Assembly (NCBI GenBank): GCA_964016885.1
Contig: OZ024742.1
Coordinates: 179,862,001-179,926,000 of the forward strand
Direction of reading: 5' to 3'
DNA from: Eledone cirrhosa
Taxonomy: Eukaryota
DNA length: 64,000 nt
Under the pieces are notes generated by a model that made no database searches, was not told the origin of the DNA, and worked only from the letters and a program-made list of their open reading frames with translations. Positions 59,042-64,000 of the stretch are shown one piece after another. The position numbers were made by a program, and so were the translations under genes. The first letter of the stretch is position 1, and the number at the start of each line of letters is the position of its first letter.

Positions 59042-59974
59042 CCCTGTATAAAACTAACTGTGAAGTTTCTTTGTCACTAACACACTTTACTTAATACCAA
59101 ACTGCCTGAAACTACTTGTATAAAAATTAACTGTGAAGTTACATTATAACTAACAAACTTAACTATTGCAATACCAAACTACCTGAAACCACCTCTGGTT
59201 CTACAACATAATTGTTTGTTTGAAAGTTTTTATATTTATTTAAAAATCTTCTATCATAATTATGTATATGAGCCTTTGTTAAGTTATGTTCCAAACACCA
59301 GCGTAATAATGAGATATTACTAAATCCCTCCAAATTCGTGATTATTTTCAAAATAATCTGGAAAATAACAGGCAGTATTTTTCATTAGAAATATAATAAT
59401 AAAAAAGTTTAATGTAACAAGCAAAGAAAAGTGAGTTAAAAACATGTGAACTGGTGGCTAGAGTGTTCAACTCACAATCCTATGGTCATGGGTTACATTC
59501 TCAGATCAAGCAGTGCATTGTGTCCTTGATGAAGATATTTCATTTAACACTGCCCCAGCCCACTCAGCTGAAAACAATGGGTATTACCAACACCTGACTG
59601 TTAAACTTGTGATGGAGAAACATCCCATTTTGTAATCTTAATTGCTTAATGCCCCTGAAACTTGGTTAAACCCTGACCTGATGAACCTCTGGGCTTGTGA
59701 CAGACTTTAATTTTAGCTCCATGTAGAAAGAAAACTCTATTTCTCTGAATTACCTTAGTATATATCACCATCTTTAATTAAACCCAACCAAATCATCCAT
59801 ATTTCTTATTTCCCCCACAAAAACCATACCACTCTTATCATCTCTCAGCACCAAATAGTTTCACTCATTTTTCTTCTTTTTATCGCTATTCCTGTTTATA
59901 CATTTTCTATAATGCTGAGAGAGTTCAAGAATTCAATCTGTATTAATTTCTCCTAGTTATTTCTATTCCTCTAG

Positions 59975-60055
59975 GATAAGCTGAAGATGAAAAGACTAAG
60001 TGAACTACTGGTGCTGTTACATCCACCTCAACCCCACCAGCTTACCTTTTCTCAG
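59975..60055 (+). CDS. Candidate 81-bp host exon (DKLKMKRLSELLVLLHPPQPHQLTFSQ)
   Basis: Pyrimidine-rich acceptor ttctattcctctag, open phase-0 frame, CAG|gttaaa donor; no recognisable homology. Confidence 0.25.
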
Positions 60056-62462
60056 GTTAAATGGTTAAAAAGAAAGCAACAGCAAATTAGGAAAAAAAAA
60101 ACATGTTTACATCAAAAGTGAGTATTCTTGATTTTAACATTACTTTCACAAGAAACAACTTCTAAAATGAAATATAGAAGTGATTGGATGGTGTAGAAAA
60201 TATGATTAGATTTTGTGTAGCAGATTTGGTCATAGATGTAAAGTAGATTAAACCTGATGTTGCTCTATAATCTATTGTTGAATAATCTCTAATTATATAC
60301 TGTTGCATGAAACATCAAAGAAATGTCAGCTTTTAGCATACAAACTTACTATGATGGTTTAAAAAAGAAATAAACAGCAAAAAGAGAAGATCAGATTTCC
60401 TTTGTGAAGTATGCATAGGTTGACAATACGGGATCAAACATTTTCACTGTCTTCTCTGTGTCTATCTCTTGTATTCTACAAATTATCTAATCATTTTAGC
60501 TAGCATTTCATTGGTACCAATGTGTTGGCTGGGTCAAAACATTTGCAATAATTCTCTGGCGAAGCATATCACTCTAAATCTGATGATGCACCATAGAAAA
60601 GTAGAGGAGCAATGCCATCCAGTGCCCATCCTTGAGCACTGGATGGCATTGAATTGGGCCTGAATCACTCAATGCACTAGGTCAATCTGGCCCCACAATG
60701 CATTTCAACTTTATTTAGTGCAGTGATTATCTGCCTTTAAATTGTGACCATTGCTGCTGCGAGATTTACAAAAAATTGAAAATGGGTAAACAAATAAAAC
60801 TGTAAAACAATAAATAATAAATTAATAACAATAAAAATGTTATGGAGTCTCCCTTGTTTAGGGCAAAGACTGATGACCTATGTCCCCTTTGTAATAAAAA
60901 TTATAACAAACAATGATTTAAATATGAGAAAACAACAAACATGCGAGAGCTTACAATTGCGCATCTGAACAAATCAATAACAATAGCAACAACAATAAAT
61001 AATGGTTTCTTATATAGGCACAAGGCCAGACATTTTTTTGGGAGGGGGAAGTTGATTAAATTGACCTCAGTGCGTGACTGGTACTTTATTTTATCGACCC
61101 CGTAAGGATGAAAGGCAAAGTTGACCTCGGCGGGATTTGAACTTAGAACATATGGGGTCTTAACTCTATGCCACAAAGCATGTTGTCTGACTCTCTACCA
61201 ATACTGCTAATCTACAGCCCTGGTGGTAATGATAATAATAATTGGTCGAATCATCAGTGACTAAACCGGCAACTCCACCAAGCTTGCTTCATGAGGAGGG
61301 TGATGTTTGGACACCCTGCTGGATGAAAAACAAAACCCTTTAAAGGGTGGAGGAACTCAGGAGATTCAACAGCCATCCAGGCATTTGTAAAATCTCCAGT
61401 TGCAGAGTACAAAATACTGGATTGGTGACCATCACAGGATAGCTCACTTCAATTTTAAGGTTTGAGGGCCGCTTAAAGTCGCTTACATCACCTTCTAGAA
61501 ATGGTGTTTCAACAAAAAACACTAACCTCAATGAGTGAAATGAATAAACAGCAGAAATGTTATTTTTATGAAGTGTTTTTCCTCATTAATTTTTTCCTGT
61601 TTATTTATTTACATAGCTTTTTCATAGATTTGATTTATTGGTGGAATTTCAAGAATGCAAAAGACAAAGTATAAAAATGTATACATTCTTTGGCAGATAA
61701 ACAAATCATGTGAAAGAAGTTGCCTGGTGTTGTGGCAGTGATAGTAGTGGTGGCATTGGTGGTGTTGATGGCATTGTTGATGGTGTTGGTGTAACAGTTT
61801 GGGCTGTGTGCATTCTATTGTGGTACCATCACTACCACTTTTCAACACCTGGGTACTTGTATTCTCAACCAGGCTGTGAGCGAAAAGGAGTATGCTACAT
61901 GTTTCTAATTGAGGGAGGTGGTGAGTGGGAGAGGTGCTCCTAAAGAGCCAGCCAACCATTATAATTTTATATAAGAATCTTTGTTAATTTTTGTTCCAAT
62001 CACCAGCTTAATATTGGTTTCTGATTTAAGCACAAAGTCAACACTTTTGACCCCAGCACATTACTGGTGCTTTATTTTATCAACCCTGTTAGTATGAAAG
62101 ACAAAGCTAACATGAGTAGCATTTAAACCCATAAGGTATAGTGCCATAACTATATGTCACAAAGCATGTCGTCTGATGCCCTACCAATACAGCTAACCCA
62201 TTGCCTTACATCAACTTAATAATTGTTTCTACTTTTGGCACAAGGCCAGCAATAATCCCCGTGTATTACTGGTACTTTATTTTATCAACCTCGTAAGGAT
62301 GAAAGGCAAAATTAACCTCGGTGGAATTTGAACTCAGACGATAAAAAGCCGCAACTCTTTGCTGTAAAGCATGGCTTCCGACGCTCTGAATTGTATTACT
62401 AATCCCCTCCGAATTCTTGGTTATTTCCAAAAGAATTTGAAAATTTGAATATCATAGGCAAT

Positions 62463-62800
62463 GGAGTCACATGGCTTAGTGGTTAGAGCAATGGCCTTGC
62501 AATCGAAAAGTTGTGAGTTCAATTCTCAGACCGGGTGATGTGTTGTTTCCTTGAGCAAGACACTTTATTTCACATTACTCCAGTTTACTCAGCTGTAGAA
62601 ATGAGATGCTAGGGACTGGGGTCCATATCATTCCACTGCAAAGTGGTCGTGGAGGTGCCACGGCAAAAAAAGCACCCAGCACTCACTGTAAATGAGGTTG
62701 GTGTTAGGAAGGGCATCCAGCTGTAGAAATCAAGCCAGAATCAGTTCCTGTCTCACCCTGGCAAGCAGGGAAAAAAAAGTGGACATAAAATAAAATGAAT
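62463..62800 (+). mobile_element. Third copy of the tRNA/RTE-tail SINE
   Basis: Near-identical to 15941-16277. Confidence 0.88.
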
Positions 62801-63145
62801 GTCTTTCATGAGAAATATGGTAATGAAAATGGTTAACTTCAGACCAACTCATAGTATTAAATGTCAGATGATTCATGTTTTGGTTAGAAAGTCATTTAGA
62901 CTGTTATGTTACAATGCTGGTTACTTTAATAATACTATCAGCCAAAGATAACAACAAATATGTTGGCAAAGCAACAACAACCACAACAAATATAACAAAT
63001 AGAAATAGACACAAAATAAATGAAGGCAGGGTAGGCAGGATGGTGGGGGAATTCATTATCTGCTAGGTAAGATGACATACACCTGACCTACTTGTCATTA
63101 TTTTAGCCCTCAAGTATCAATACACCACTTATCTATTATGGTAAA

Positions 63146-63716
<571 letters not shown>

Positions 63717-64000
63717 CTGAGTATATGTTGGTTGTTTACCGACACCTCAGTATGCAGATTGGAGCACTCGACGAAGTACACAGGTTGGTTTGGTTACTCC
63801 GAAGTAATGTAAAATAAAGTAATTAAGTCAAATATTTAAAATTTGGCTTCGTTTATTAAAGATGTACTGCTATATATATTTCCGTGATAGTCATCATTGC
63901 CTGTGACCTCTTCAAGCAGTCCGAATTGGTGTGGTAGAGACAGGTACACATGTTGTTAAAGTGTTTTACTCCGTCAATACTCCGATATGTCCAGTTCCTG

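Noticed and set aside
59675-59705. CTGATGA as a hammerhead
   Set aside because: No GAAA or stems; it lies in a SINE tail

Overview
AT-rich eukaryotic (animal) genomic DNA. The SINE/LINE content and very long (TA)n tracts suggest a cephalopod such as Octopus (inference). No host gene can be identified with confidence. The window is a nest of retroelements in (TA)n/(TG)n microsatellites: a CR1-group LINE, a 5'-truncated RTE LINE with an intact 634-codon frame and an internal PHD-type finger, several RTE/R4/Tx1 relics, three Penelope-like (PLE, GIY-YIG) fragments, tRNA-derived SINEs, two non-autonomous Helitrons, MITEs, and a 3.9-kb triplet-based minisatellite. The most striking content is invisible to the ORF track. 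By eye I find about 20 type I hammerhead ribozyme (HHR) motifs (CUGAnGA / stem II / GAAA / stem III / NUH) in roughly 8-10 different non-coding unit families, about 420-630 bp where a full unit can be measured. They are arranged as tandem copies plus an inverted copy and a short tail, and nearly all lie in (TA)n. One is a ~7-copy, apparently identical 424-bp array. This looks like a diverse retrozyme-like / non-autonomous Penelope system sitting next to relics of its probable helper elements. All structures were read manually, nothing was computed, and coordinates may be off by a few bases.
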